Shown here: piece by piece, positions 10,958 through 21,127 of the stretch
Layout: the number at the start of each line of letters is the position of its first letter
Position numbering within the stretch: the first letter of the stretch is position 1
Translations under genes and position numbers: made by a program
Notes under the pieces: generated by a model
What the model was told of the DNA's origin: nothing
Seen by the model: the letters and a program-made list of their open reading frames with translations, nothing else
The model's database searches: none
Origin: Cyanidioschyzon merolae
Lineage: Eukaryota
Direction: 5' to 3' (one strand)
DNA: 64,000 nucleotides
Assembly (NCBI GenBank): GCA_000091205.1
Contig: AP006488.2

Positions 10958-11812
10958 TTACCGTTTCACGAGGTCGAGAAACTGTTCCTGAAGGCTGCGG
11001 TCGGTGGCAAAGACGCCCCGTGTTGTGATCGTGGTCGTTCTTGCATCCGTTTTTCGAATGCCACGCATCGACATACATAAATGAGTCGCCTCGATGTAGA
11101 CTGCAACACCGCGTGGCTGTAGGTATTCCTCAATGCAATCCGCTATCTGTCGAGTGAGACGCTCCTGCACCTGCAAACGACGCGCATACATTTCCGCGAC
11201 TCTGGCGAGCTTGCTCAGACCCAGAATTCGTCCCTGTGGAATGTATGCTATGTGACATTTTCCAAAAAAAGGCACCATGTGATGCTCACACAGCGACCAA
11301 ATATCAATATCACGCTCTAGAATCATATCAGAGTAGGTTTCCGAGAAAACAGCATCGCTCAGCGTCTCCTCTGGCGAGAGCGCATACCCGCTGGTGAACT
11401 CTAACAGCGCACGCGCGTACCGCTCGGGTGTGTCGCGCAAGTTCGAGCGCACAGGGTCTACGCCCAGCTCTTGCATAATTACAGTCACTGCTTCGGCAAT
11501 GCGTTGGCATCGCGCCTCGTCGCTCCCGTGATTCGCACTGGTGACATACGATCCGGAACCTCCTAGTTTCCGAGCTCGAACGTTCTCTGTGGCATTCTCT
11601 GGGGCTACGTCTGGTCCGTTTTCTACGGCACTGCCTGAATCGCGCGACCGCGGAAAAACACCTGCTGGCTTCATGGAGGCGTGCTCGTCACCATTCACTG
11701 CGTCTGCCGGGGCCGACGCCTGCGGAACCCGCCGCCAATCCACGGAAGCGCTCGCTACACGTTGCACCACCGACAAGTCGCAGTTTTCCTTGGGTGACTG
11801 GCAGCTAGGCAT
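10958..11812 (-). CDS. GCH1: GTP cyclohydrolase I. The track ORF starts at a TTG at 11845; the first ATG is at 11812.
   Basis: C-terminal catalytic core [53 protein letters not shown]...[14 protein letters not shown] is diagnostic of FolE/GCH1. Confidence 0.9.
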   Translation of the reverse strand: MPSCQSPKENCDLSVVQRVASASVDWRRVPQASAPADAVNGDEHASMKPAGVFPRSRDSGSAVENGPDVAPENATENVRARKLGGSGSYVTSANHGSDEARCQRIAEAVTVIMQELGVDPVRSNLRDTPERYARALLEFTSGYALSPEETLSDAVFSETYSDMILERDIDIWSLCEHHMVPFFGKCHIAYIPQGRILGLSKLARVAEMYARRLQVQERLTRQIADCIEEYLQPRGVAVYIEATHLCMSMRGIRKTDARTTTITTRGVFATDRSLQEQFLDLVKR

Positions 11813-13618
11813 TCCCGTCAGGTCACCCAAAATTGGGTATTTCAAACCACCAAGTCTGAGTTGCGCGAAAAGAAACGACGATTCTCAATGATGGCGTTAT
11901 CCGGGCGTCGCAGGCGATTCATCAGGAAACTGCACTGGTTGCGGGCGACGAGGCGGCGGCGCCACAGACCGAGGTGCGATGAAAATGGAACACTGACCTG
12001 TTCGCTTTGTTCTTGTGTTGCGCTTTTTCCCCGAACCTTTTTTATGAAGGTATACAAAGGCCACGTTGTAAGTAGAGCGATACGGGCTTACGGATTCATA
12101 CATTGTTTTGGGATTCTCGGTCGCCAGTTTGTACCGGCTGCTTTGACGATTTACTGTTGGAGTTCGTTACGTCATTGTTATCAGGATGATTCGTGATGCC
12201 CTTGAACACGGGTTCGTACCATACCCGATACCATTATCGAAGACCCGGATCGCAGACACTACGCTTCTCGTTTTCTTTCAGGATGCTTGCTCGTATCTGG
12301 CATTTATGAAGCGTTCTATTTTTCCCATTTCATTGCATCGAATGGGCACAGCATTTTTCTTCGCTGGATTGACCAGGTAGATGAACCCGACGTCGTCCGT
12401 TGACAAGTTGCTCACGAGCTCATGCCGAATGTTCACTGAACTTGTGATAACGAACAATCGATTCGCTGCGAAATACAATTCTTCTTGGCATTGTTTCTAT
12501 CAACGAAACGGGATTCGATACCAGCATGATACTTGTCACGGAATGTGCTTCCAGAGGCTTCCTCTCCGCTCTATCTGCATAAAAACGTGCTTTGGACTCG
12601 GAATTCTGTTATTGCAGCGATCGCTGCGAGAAGCGGTAGTGTCAACGCTCTGCACGAACGGGAGCATCGACGGATCGAAATCTCTCGACTTGTTCTCCAG
12701 TCGGGATTCTAATTCCGATACATGTTTCATCACTGGACGACATTATGCTCCTCATATCCTCCGTTGAATGGGATGGCGTGCACCTGCGAGCACCGCGGAT
12801 GACCTGCTTGTCGAAGGGATCAATAAGATGCAGCTGGTGATCAGAGGATGCTGCATCGGGCAGCGGACACGGTATAGGGCATCGAGATTGGCCTTCTGGA
12901 TCGATCACGAGCGTAGACCTGGCGATAAAGTGGGCCATCACGCGCCACAGGGAGGCGCTCCAAGGAAAAAGTAAGGTTTTTAGAGGAGATCACCTAATAA
13001 AAATCCAGTGTCACCGCTGCAATGGGCGCACCGAATCTGTATGCAAACCATGAAATAAGAATTGCGATTGAAGCGTAGATCGCAATTTCTGTCTGCACAT
13101 GAGACATGTCGACAGCTGCCAGAAGCGGCGATATCGGGACCTGCACGCTGCCGGGAACATTGCCCGCCAGCTGGGAACGGAACAGATGGGGAACGAGGGA
13201 CAGGCACACTTAAAAGCCGGAGATATGATGGATAACGAGGATGCTGTCGCAGGTAGACGCCTTAAAAGCTGATAGTGATGACAGCGGGAACGAAGTCAAA
13301 CTTTAGCATGGACGTTCGTGCACGAAGACCCGTTCCTTTCTATTCTGACATGGGCTTCGTACAGGCATTCTACGCACATCCATTCGCAAAAACGCCTTGC
13401 ATTTCTGGAATAGCTCACCGATATGTCTCAACAGCTGTGAAGCTTGGGAGCAGCCCAACACTAGGATACGCTGTGCATTCGCTCTGACCTCTTACCGAAA
13501 AGATACCACTTTCAAGTACCCCCATTCATACACGCTTTAAGAACTGCGCAAAGGAACCGACCAGTGCATGCCGCACTCAACCGGAGCACTCGGGCGCCGC
13601 TCGTAAAGTTGCAGCGTT

Positions 13619-15874
13619 TCAAAACTGACTGATATCTCGCCCGAAAATAGCCGCTTTGATCCAGTCAAACGTAATCAAGATCCGATTGCGCATACTGACC
13701 TGCTTCACTGCATAGACAGAGCGCCATATCAGATAGGTCAGCGTTCCGCTCAGTTTCACCGAGGTGTCGCCCATTTCTATCTGGGCCATTGCACGCTCGC
13801 GACCGATGTAGGCAAGAAGACCGAACGAAAGGAACTGGAACGGCTTCGCAAAGCGAGCCCGATCGATCCAGGTGCGCGTGTACTCGGTGCGTTCCGGGAT
13901 GTCGCAATCAAGACAATACTCGCGGTTCAAGAGACGGGCGAGATACGCGCCCTGCTGGCCGGCGACCTGGGCAGTTGCAGGCAAGGGTTCGTGCAGGTTC
14001 GTTGCACAGTCGCCGGCGGCGAACACGCCTTCGGCACCAATCACGCGGAGCCAATCATCGACAACAAGTTGGCGCTTCTTAAAGGTCGTCTGGGCGGGAA
14101 TCGACTCGATGAGATCCGTCACGAGTTTCTGAGGACCGACCCCCGCGGCCCACACACACATGCCATAGGGTATCACTGCACCATCCTGCAGATAAATCTC
14201 GGTCTCGGTGATGCGAACGACTCGACTGCCAGTCCGAACGTTGATCTCCGCGTCGCGCAGGTTCTGCAAAGCCCGATCTTGCAGGGACTTGTCGAACTGT
14301 GTCAAGATACTTTGCCCGGATTGCAACAAAGTGACCTGTACATATTTCAGCAGCTTCTTGTAATACTTCACAGCATCCTCTACGAGAAAATCATGCAGTT
14401 CACCAGCGAATTCGACGCCGGTTGGACCACCGCCAACCACTACGAAGTGCAGTAAGCGACTGCGCTCCTCGTCGGAGGTCTCGGGTAGATTCGCCTCTTC
14501 GAAGATGCGCACGACCTCAGACCGGATTTTCCGCGCGTCTGGGATTTCTTTCAAAAAGAAACAGTTCTCCTTGGCACCCGGGGTGTTAAACGTGTTCACC
14601 GCGGAACCTACGCCGACCACGCAGTAGGTGTACGGCACTTCGAACTCGCGTATGCCGATGATTTCATCAGTATTGCTTTTCGTCGAAAATCGCGGTTGCA
14701 ATGCGTGGACATCTTGGCTTGTTTCCGCCAGAGACGGTGCACCGACGTCGCTTTCAGAGCCCACGGAGAGCGCGCCCCGACGCCGGACTTTGGCCCGACA
14801 TTTCACCACCCGCCTTTGGATATCGACCCCGACCGCCTCTGCTTCATAGTAGATGATGAAAGGATTCGCCCGGAGTATCGGTTCGCAGCACGAACGAAAC
14901 TCCACAATGCCCAGTGCTGACGACGGCAGCATAGGTTGGAAGAGGAAGTAGTTCCGGGGCGAGATGACGATTACCTCGTACTTATCGATGTCGATGATTT
15001 TCACCATCGCGTGACCAACCCAGCCGGTTCCCAAGATCACCAAGCGCGGCTTGGGCCGACCGCTCGAACTCAGAAACTCACCCTGCCAGAAAAACTGACG
15101 CCTAAGATGCAGCAGAGCGTCCTCAAAGGTATCGAGGGTGCGGTCCCAGACCAGACCAAGGTAGGTGCGCCGGCGCCCTCGCGTCTCGACCGGAGGCGGG
15201 GGAGATGGCGGCGCGGGACTCTCTTTTCCATCACCAGGTTTAAGAGGTTGTGTATCCGGCTGCACTGCTGGCTTCTCGTCGGTTTTCACCAAACGTTCGC
15301 CTTCACACAGACGTAGCCCGCGGAGCTTGTGCGTGCGCTGCACCACGCGAGCGCTCCTCTGGGGCCGGAAGTTAGGCGTGTTTGGTTTTCTCGAAACAAG
15401 CGGTACCTGTCTCTGTCGACCAAGTGCATGAACGGAACTGACAAAACCCGTAATCAGGTATCCCTCATCCATATCTGAACACGATGCGCCATACAACAAC
15501 GGCATGCAAACTGCAAGCTGCAACAACAACAGACGCGCGCTTGTGCATGCACGATGCCCGCATCGCGATCGCGTCATCCATCGATCGATCGATCGATGGA
15601 TGCACGGATCGCACTGGGCGCGGCGGCGCTTTGGTGTCGATGCGAGGCCTTCGGCGGCGCTACGCTCTATATGCCGAATCGACGCTCTGGATCTGGAGAG
15701 CATCCACGGTCTGCGAATGCGACGCCCCGCGGATGCATGAACGATATCCTGGTCGCTGGGGGAGCGATCTTTGCTGCTTTTGTTTTTCTGGAGAAACCGT
15801 GCGATATCGTTGCGGAATGTGTTGATCTCAGTCATTGGATTGACTTCAAAAGAACAGCGACGAGGTTTACACAT
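13619..15874 (-). CDS. Type II (alternative, rotenone-insensitive) NADH dehydrogenase NDH-2 with a long, basic approximately 280-aa N-terminal extension. ATG at 15874 verified; the real start may be an internal Met, e.g. 15471.
   Basis: First dinucleotide-binding motif RLVILGTGWVGHAMV. Second motif FVVVGGGPTGVEFAGEL. Typical NDH-2 C-terminus (GLLAYIGRERAMAQIE...YLIWRSVY). Confidence 0.9.
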   Translation of the reverse strand: MCKPRRCSFEVNPMTEINTFRNDIARFLQKNKSSKDRSPSDQDIVHASAGRRIRRPWMLSRSRASIRHIERSAAEGLASTPKRRRAQCDPCIHRSIDRWMTRSRCGHRACTSARLLLLQLAVCMPLLYGASCSDMDEGYLITGFVSSVHALGRQRQVPLVSRKPNTPNFRPQRSARVVQRTHKLRGLRLCEGERLVKTDEKPAVQPDTQPLKPGDGKESPAPPSPPPPVETRGRRRTYLGLVWDRTLDTFEDALLHLRRQFFWQGEFLSSSGRPKPRLVILGTGWVGHAMVKIIDIDKYEVIVISPRNYFLFQPMLPSSALGIVEFRSCCEPILRANPFIIYYEAEAVGVDIQRRVVKCRAKVRRRGALSVGSESDVGAPSLAETSQDVHALQPRFSTKSNTDEIIGIREFEVPYTYCVVGVGSAVNTFNTPGAKENCFFLKEIPDARKIRSEVVRIFEEANLPETSDEERSRLLHFVVVGGGPTGVEFAGELHDFLVEDAVKYYKKLLKYVQVTLLQSGQSILTQFDKSLQDRALQNLRDAEINVRTGSRVVRITETEIYLQDGAVIPYGMCVWAAGVGPQKLVTDLIESIPAQTTFKKRQLVVDDWLRVIGAEGVFAAGDCATNLHEPLPATAQVAGQQGAYLARLLNREYCLDCDIPERTEYTRTWIDRARFAKPFQFLSFGLLAYIGRERAMAQIEMGDTSVKLSGTLTYLIWRSVYAVKQVSMRNRILITFDWIKAAIFGRDISQF

Positions 15875-17106
15875 TGGTTACTGGTTACGTATGCGGACGG
15901 CGGTGAGACCAGCTTGATTCGTTGGTTGACACAGTTTCAGGAAGAGAGAGTGCTCTGGGTATCCCGTCTGGACAGGTGCCAGAGGCATCGCATGCCGAAT
16001 CACAAGCATATATGAGGCCATCTGTCGTCGTCAACCGTGACCTCTGTGTAAAGACAATGTCATGGTGTGTGTAAGATGCTTCCGGATGGCGCACATCCGA
16101 CAACTGGGACCTCAGTTCTGGTACGAGGTACGCTGACGGGCTCGGATGCACATCCCAGCGAGGCGCTATTGCGAACGCGCAGGTTTCCTGGGAAACAAAA
16201 CAGCGCGTCGGCGGGATCGGCTGTGCAGTCTCTGGCAGGCTGTCCGCCGAGCGCTGTTCGCGATCGTGCCTTGCTGCATGCATTCCGAGCGTGCGAGACG
16301 AAGCGCTTCTTGAACGTTTCCTCTTCGTCAAGCGGGGTGGCGTTTTACGATACGCACTTCGAGCGCGGCAAATGAAACGCTTCTGGAACGTTTCCCATTT
16401 GCTCGATGAATATCCGCTGGTCTTTCTTGTGGCACTCTCGATATCGCAGCGGCTACGACAGCTCGTGATACCAGAGCGTGCACGCTCTGGAGCTCTTTCG
16501 TCTTGTACTTGACTTCATATCACCGCGAATCCTCTGCACACGCATCCAGCGATAACGCGCACACACACAAACAGACATGAAAATTTTTGAATGTAACAGC
16601 GATCGACGATCTCCGGGACAACTAGGAACCGCCAGTGATCAAGAAAAAGGCAACGTTGTAGCATCGTATTCCGAAATCCAAGCGTCAAGAACGAAAAAAA
16701 GAATCAACGATGTCTTGGCTCTGTGAAGCTACGCGAGCGCGAAATGCATCAACGACACTCTGGCGCTTTCGATGTGTAAACACAAGCGCATCGAAGCCGC
16801 AACCAACGCGGTATCGCGCAGCCAGATGCCGCCTCAACAATGCATATACGCTCTATCATGAACGTATTTCTTTTCGCACTTTGTACGCAGCGCGCTGTTT
16901 TCGACGGTCTTGTCAGCGTCAGGGCCCCGAAAACTTTCCAGTAAGCGCAATGGTGCTCGAGTCAGATCCGCTGAGGAACGATAGTTCGCACGCATATGTA
17001 TGGTGTTGGCGAATACCCCTTACGCACGTCGTGCATGCACTGCCAAGACCCCGTTGCTTCGACTACAATACCGGTACTGGTGCGCTCCCCGAGCGTTCGC
17101 GACGTG

Positions 17107-18489
17107 TTACCAGCGGCGCTCGTATTCGAACTGCGGTGCGGGTTCCTCCTGATCCGCGAAAAGTCGCCTGACGTTCATCACCCGCAGATCGTCAAAGTCT
17201 TCAACGGTCAAGTCGGCCAATCGTAGGTCAAATGCGGGAAAGAGGCCAACCAAGCCGATAGCTTTGCTGAACACCTCGTGTGCAGCTAGGATACCCTTCG
17301 GCGTATCTTCGTACACAACACATTTCTGAGGCGCTCGCTGCATCTTCACACACGCGACAAGAAGGAATTGGATTGCGGTCTCCACTTCGGATTCGGCGGT
17401 GATTCGCTCCTTGAAAAAGTCGGCGACACCCATGTCGGTCAGCGCCTTTTCGACGCTTACGCGATCCAACCGACTGTAAACCGCACACGGCATGTCGTAC
17501 CTTTGGAGCAACTCGAGCCATCGCAAAAGTCCTCGCGTCGGTCGATGCTGCTCAGCTAGAAAGCGCTCCCTGTAGATTTCCTGCTGTCGATAAACGATGC
17601 TAAGTACCTCGCGCCAGCTGTCGGTCCATCGCAGAACTCCTTGCACAATCCGCTCCGGGCGAAGATGGTAGGTTTGCTGCACAATATCCTCATCAGGTGG
17701 CTCTTTGTCGAGCTCCTCCGCCAGCTGTTTCCATGACGCATACTCAATTGCATGCGCATTCGCACTGAGAACGCCCTCTAATTTGAAAATGTTCGCAAAT
17801 GCTTCCTCGGGTTGAAGTATAACTCGCAGCCGTTGCCAGTAGTCAGGTCGGAATCGTTCATTAAGGTCATAGGCATCGAAAAAAACTTCCTCACTACCAC
17901 GCATAGCGCTCAGCGACTTGCGCTGTGCTTGTGACTTCCAGGTCTCGTAGCGCTCGGTGATATCGGCGAGTAGCTCCTGCTCGGCATCGAGCTCCTCGTC
18001 GTCGTCGTCGTCAACCTCGTCGACTTCCAGGTCGGCATCGTCACCGTCCGCCTCGTCTGCGCTGTCTCTGTTGCGGAACCGACGCTCTCTCGCTCTCGGC
18101 GACGACGACGACGACGACGACGAACCTGAGTCGGAAGCGCGCCGTCGAGGCATCGTCTTCGCCTCAGAGGCGTCCGGATCGTTCTCGGGGGCTGGCGTCG
18201 CTGCTCGGAGCTGCAGCGGCGCCAGTGGCGAGGCACTGACCCGTAAGCGTCTTGCGCTTCGCGTTGAGAGCTTATGGAAACCCAAGTGGCACCGGTGGCT
18301 GCCCCAGCGAGCCTCTGGTGCCAGTTGTTGACGCGGTGCGCTCGCAACCCCGAGCCGCCTCGACTGCAACTGCAAAGTCCTGCACCGGCGAGCGCTCGCT
18401 GTGACCTGCTCCCGCGTCGCTACCGAACACGCCCAGGTGTGGAAGACGAATGCCTGTCCGCTTCGTTCTCTTTGTTTCGTGTCAAGCAT
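17107..18489 (-). CDS. HAD-superfamily-like hydrolase domain protein with an acidic/Ser-rich N-terminal region. Motif I appears degenerate (FKLEGVL instead of FDxDGVL).
   Basis: The C-terminal half resembles the HAD core (VVYEDTPKGILAAHEVFSKAIGLVG as motif IV). (GAC)n/(GTC)n repeats encode poly-Asp/Ser. ATG at 18489 verified; an alternative ATG is at 18153. Confidence 0.5.
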   Translation of the reverse strand: MLDTKQRERSGQAFVFHTWACSVATREQVTASARRCRTLQLQSRRLGVASAPRQQLAPEARWGSHRCHLGFHKLSTRSARRLRVSASPLAPLQLRAATPAPENDPDASEAKTMPRRRASDSGSSSSSSSSPRARERRFRNRDSADEADGDDADLEVDEVDDDDDEELDAEQELLADITERYETWKSQAQRKSLSAMRGSEEVFFDAYDLNERFRPDYWQRLRVILQPEEAFANIFKLEGVLSANAHAIEYASWKQLAEELDKEPPDEDIVQQTYHLRPERIVQGVLRWTDSWREVLSIVYRQQEIYRERFLAEQHRPTRGLLRWLELLQRYDMPCAVYSRLDRVSVEKALTDMGVADFFKERITAESEVETAIQFLLVACVKMQRAPQKCVVYEDTPKGILAAHEVFSKAIGLVGLFPAFDLRLADLTVEDFDDLRVMNVRRLFADQEEPAPQFEYERRW

Positions 18490-19822
18490 TTTCCGCTAAG
18501 CTGCAACTTGAACGCTCAGTAAGCACCGAAGCAACGTGATTGGTATCAGGAGGCGATCGGTTGAGATTCGAATCGAAGCCGTCCGTTGACGAGAGCGTCG
18601 CAGCGCTGTAGCACAGCAATTTTTTTCGATGTCATATCGTTTACATAGACCATGGATCCCAGATTGCGAGGTGGATAATGGTAATTGCAAAAGCGTCCAT
18701 CACGCTGCTACAGCCTACCTCCAAGTTCCATTAAATATACTTCCGTTGGGATAAACTGGTCGCTTTGTACGTTGTATCGCACACCTAATGCCTGCCCTCA
18801 GCGTCCGCAGTAGCGCCTGTACCTTTGGTACAGGTGCATCACGAAGACAGGACGGCTTTTCTATACCGCAAAGAACATTGGCTCGAGGCGTGGTGCACCC
18901 GATGTAGAGTCGGGTCTCGTCGTCAGTTTGTGCTTGGACAGTCTGCGGATGCAGGCTTGCCTTCGCTGCACGACACGCTGGAGAAACTTGGCTGTTTGGA
19001 TGAATCCTGGGAGCGGCCTCCCTCCTTCGTGATCATGCATGGAATGCGTTGTTGTCGGTTGGCAATGCGGGTTTGTGCTTGACACCCACCACAGTGGGTA
19101 ACTGCAGAGAGCGCGCTGAACCCGTGTGCGTATCCGATTCTCTGGAGCTTCCGCCCAGAAAGTAGAAAGGCAGCAGATGCTACAGTTAGCGTACGCGAGT
19201 GTGCGGATTCGTTCGGCGGTGGGTCAGTTACTCAGTTCCCGATAAGTCAGGATAGTGCAGCATGCACTCGGGTTGCTGCCTCGAAAGCTCCACATCATTG
19301 ACGCCCCACGCATCGACTTGTGGAGGACAACGGTCCACAAGAGCATCCGTTTTCCACAAGGCGGCCAAGGGATTCTACGAGGCCCCACTCCGATGCTGCT
19401 GCTGGCTTGTACATGCCCATGCGATGCTGCTGGTTGCAGATGCGCTATGCGCCGTACCTGGCGCTCTCTGATCAGCGCCCGAGTCTCACAAGTCGTGCAC
19501 AGCAACGTCGGCTCGCTACGCTCTGCTTGTCTCTACTGCAGCGGTTCCTGGCGACACCTCGCATTGGGCGCTCTCGGAGACCAACTTGCGATCCACGCTA
19601 CCAGAAGCGTACGAAGAGTAAGCGTCTCCGCACGCGATGCGCGAAGGATCTCACTGGCCCTCGTCGCGCTTGTGACAGCTCCAGTGCGGCGCTATCGGTG
19701 GAACTGCTCCTCGTACAGCCCATCTCACAACCCTGAACCGATGAACGATAGAGGTGCTGCGGAGCAACCATTCCCAATGCCTCCGCACGGATTCGCGCGC
19801 TCTGCGGAGGATTCGAGTGCCT

Positions 19823-21127
19823 TTACATTCTGCCGGGCGAAGCACACTCAACATGCTCGACTGGCGGACAACACGACAGATTCACACAATTCACTTGAAT
19901 GGTAGCGTGCTCGATTCCAAAATTCTTCAAACAAACCTGTTCAGCTGCCATGGTAATCTGATGCGCGTCTTTGACACTGGCATCGCACCGCAACTTTGCA
20001 CTGAGCGCAGTACGGCCCACGGACAGGCTCCAGATGTGCAGATCCTGGACCTCTGAAACGCCATCGATCGAGATGAGCGCCTCGTACACGTCACGCACAC
20101 GGATATTGGCAGGGGTCCCTTCCATTAAAACCTGCACGATGTCACCAATCATCCGGAGAGTTGTATAGAGCACGATAACGCTAAACAGCAGCGTGCACAG
20201 CGGATCGGCCAGAGACCAGCTGGGGCGCCACCAAATCACAAGCGCTGCAATAGCGACGCCTATGCTCTGGATAAGGTCACCCAGGACATGCAGATATGCC
20301 GCGTGAACATTCACACTCTCCGAGACCGGATGCCGGTGCGACATGTCCGCCACTGAGAGCGGTGCTTCAATGTCATCCGTTGCCGTTGCTCGCATGTCGT
20401 CATGTCCCGGCTGCTGATCACGCGGGCGGTTGAGGCCGCTCTCCGATGGACCTGCTTGATCGGGTTCGATACTTTCGACATTGCCACTGCGCTGACGATG
20501 ACGATGACGACCGTGGCTGCGGTGCTCCTCGCTGGTCGACGACTCGGCTTCTGCGTTGACCTGGGCAAAATGGTCGTGATGATGGTCGTGAGCGTGTCCA
20601 TGGCCATGACCATGTCCCAAAACCGTCATCATCACTAAATTGATACAGATACCCATCACCGCAATGATGAACATGAGGCGGCCTTTAACGGGCTCTGGGG
20701 TGATGATTCGTCGGATAGATTCAAGCACCAGCACTGCTGTGAGCGTCCAGATCAACAGAATGCTCGTGAATGCCCCGAGTACCTCCGCTCGCCCATAGCC
20801 ATAGGTCAGCAACTGATTCGCTCTTCGCTGACTTTTCTGCAGCGCAACGAGCGAGATAATAAAGCTTGCAAAATCAGATAACAGGTGGCTGGCGTCCGTC
20901 ATCACCGCGAGTGAACCGGTGATGTAGCCACCAAGAAGCTCCGCAACCATGAAAGCAAAGCAGAGAACAGCGGAAAAGAGCAGCTTTCGGCGGGCGCGCT
21001 GATCCCGAGCCGCCCGTTCCTTTCGCTGCTCCCGCTGTTGTTGCCACAGCTTTTGCGCTTGTTCAGGCGCGGTGGCGTCTGACATGGGGCCTCGGGCTCG
21101 CAGCAGCGGCTGCTCCTCGCCTAGCAT
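19823..21127 (-). CDS. Cation diffusion facilitator (ZnT/SLC30-like) zinc transporter. The track ORF starts at a GTG at 21142; the first ATG is at 21127.
   Basis: CDF signature region SHLLSDFASFIISLVAL...YGYGRAEVLGAF. His-rich cytosolic loop HGHGHGHAHDHHHDH. C-terminal domain (HIWSLSVGRTALSAKL). Confidence 0.85.
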   Translation of the reverse strand: MLGEEQPLLRARGPMSDATAPEQAQKLWQQQREQRKERAARDQRARRKLLFSAVLCFAFMVAELLGGYITGSLAVMTDASHLLSDFASFIISLVALQKSQRRANQLLTYGYGRAEVLGAFTSILLIWTLTAVLVLESIRRIITPEPVKGRLMFIIAVMGICINLVMMTVLGHGHGHGHAHDHHHDHFAQVNAEAESSTSEEHRSHGRHRHRQRSGNVESIEPDQAGPSESGLNRPRDQQPGHDDMRATATDDIEAPLSVADMSHRHPVSESVNVHAAYLHVLGDLIQSIGVAIAALVIWWRPSWSLADPLCTLLFSVIVLYTTLRMIGDIVQVLMEGTPANIRVRDVYEALISIDGVSEVQDLHIWSLSVGRTALSAKLRCDASVKDAHQITMAAEQVCLKNFGIEHATIQVNCVNLSCCPPVEHVECASPGRM

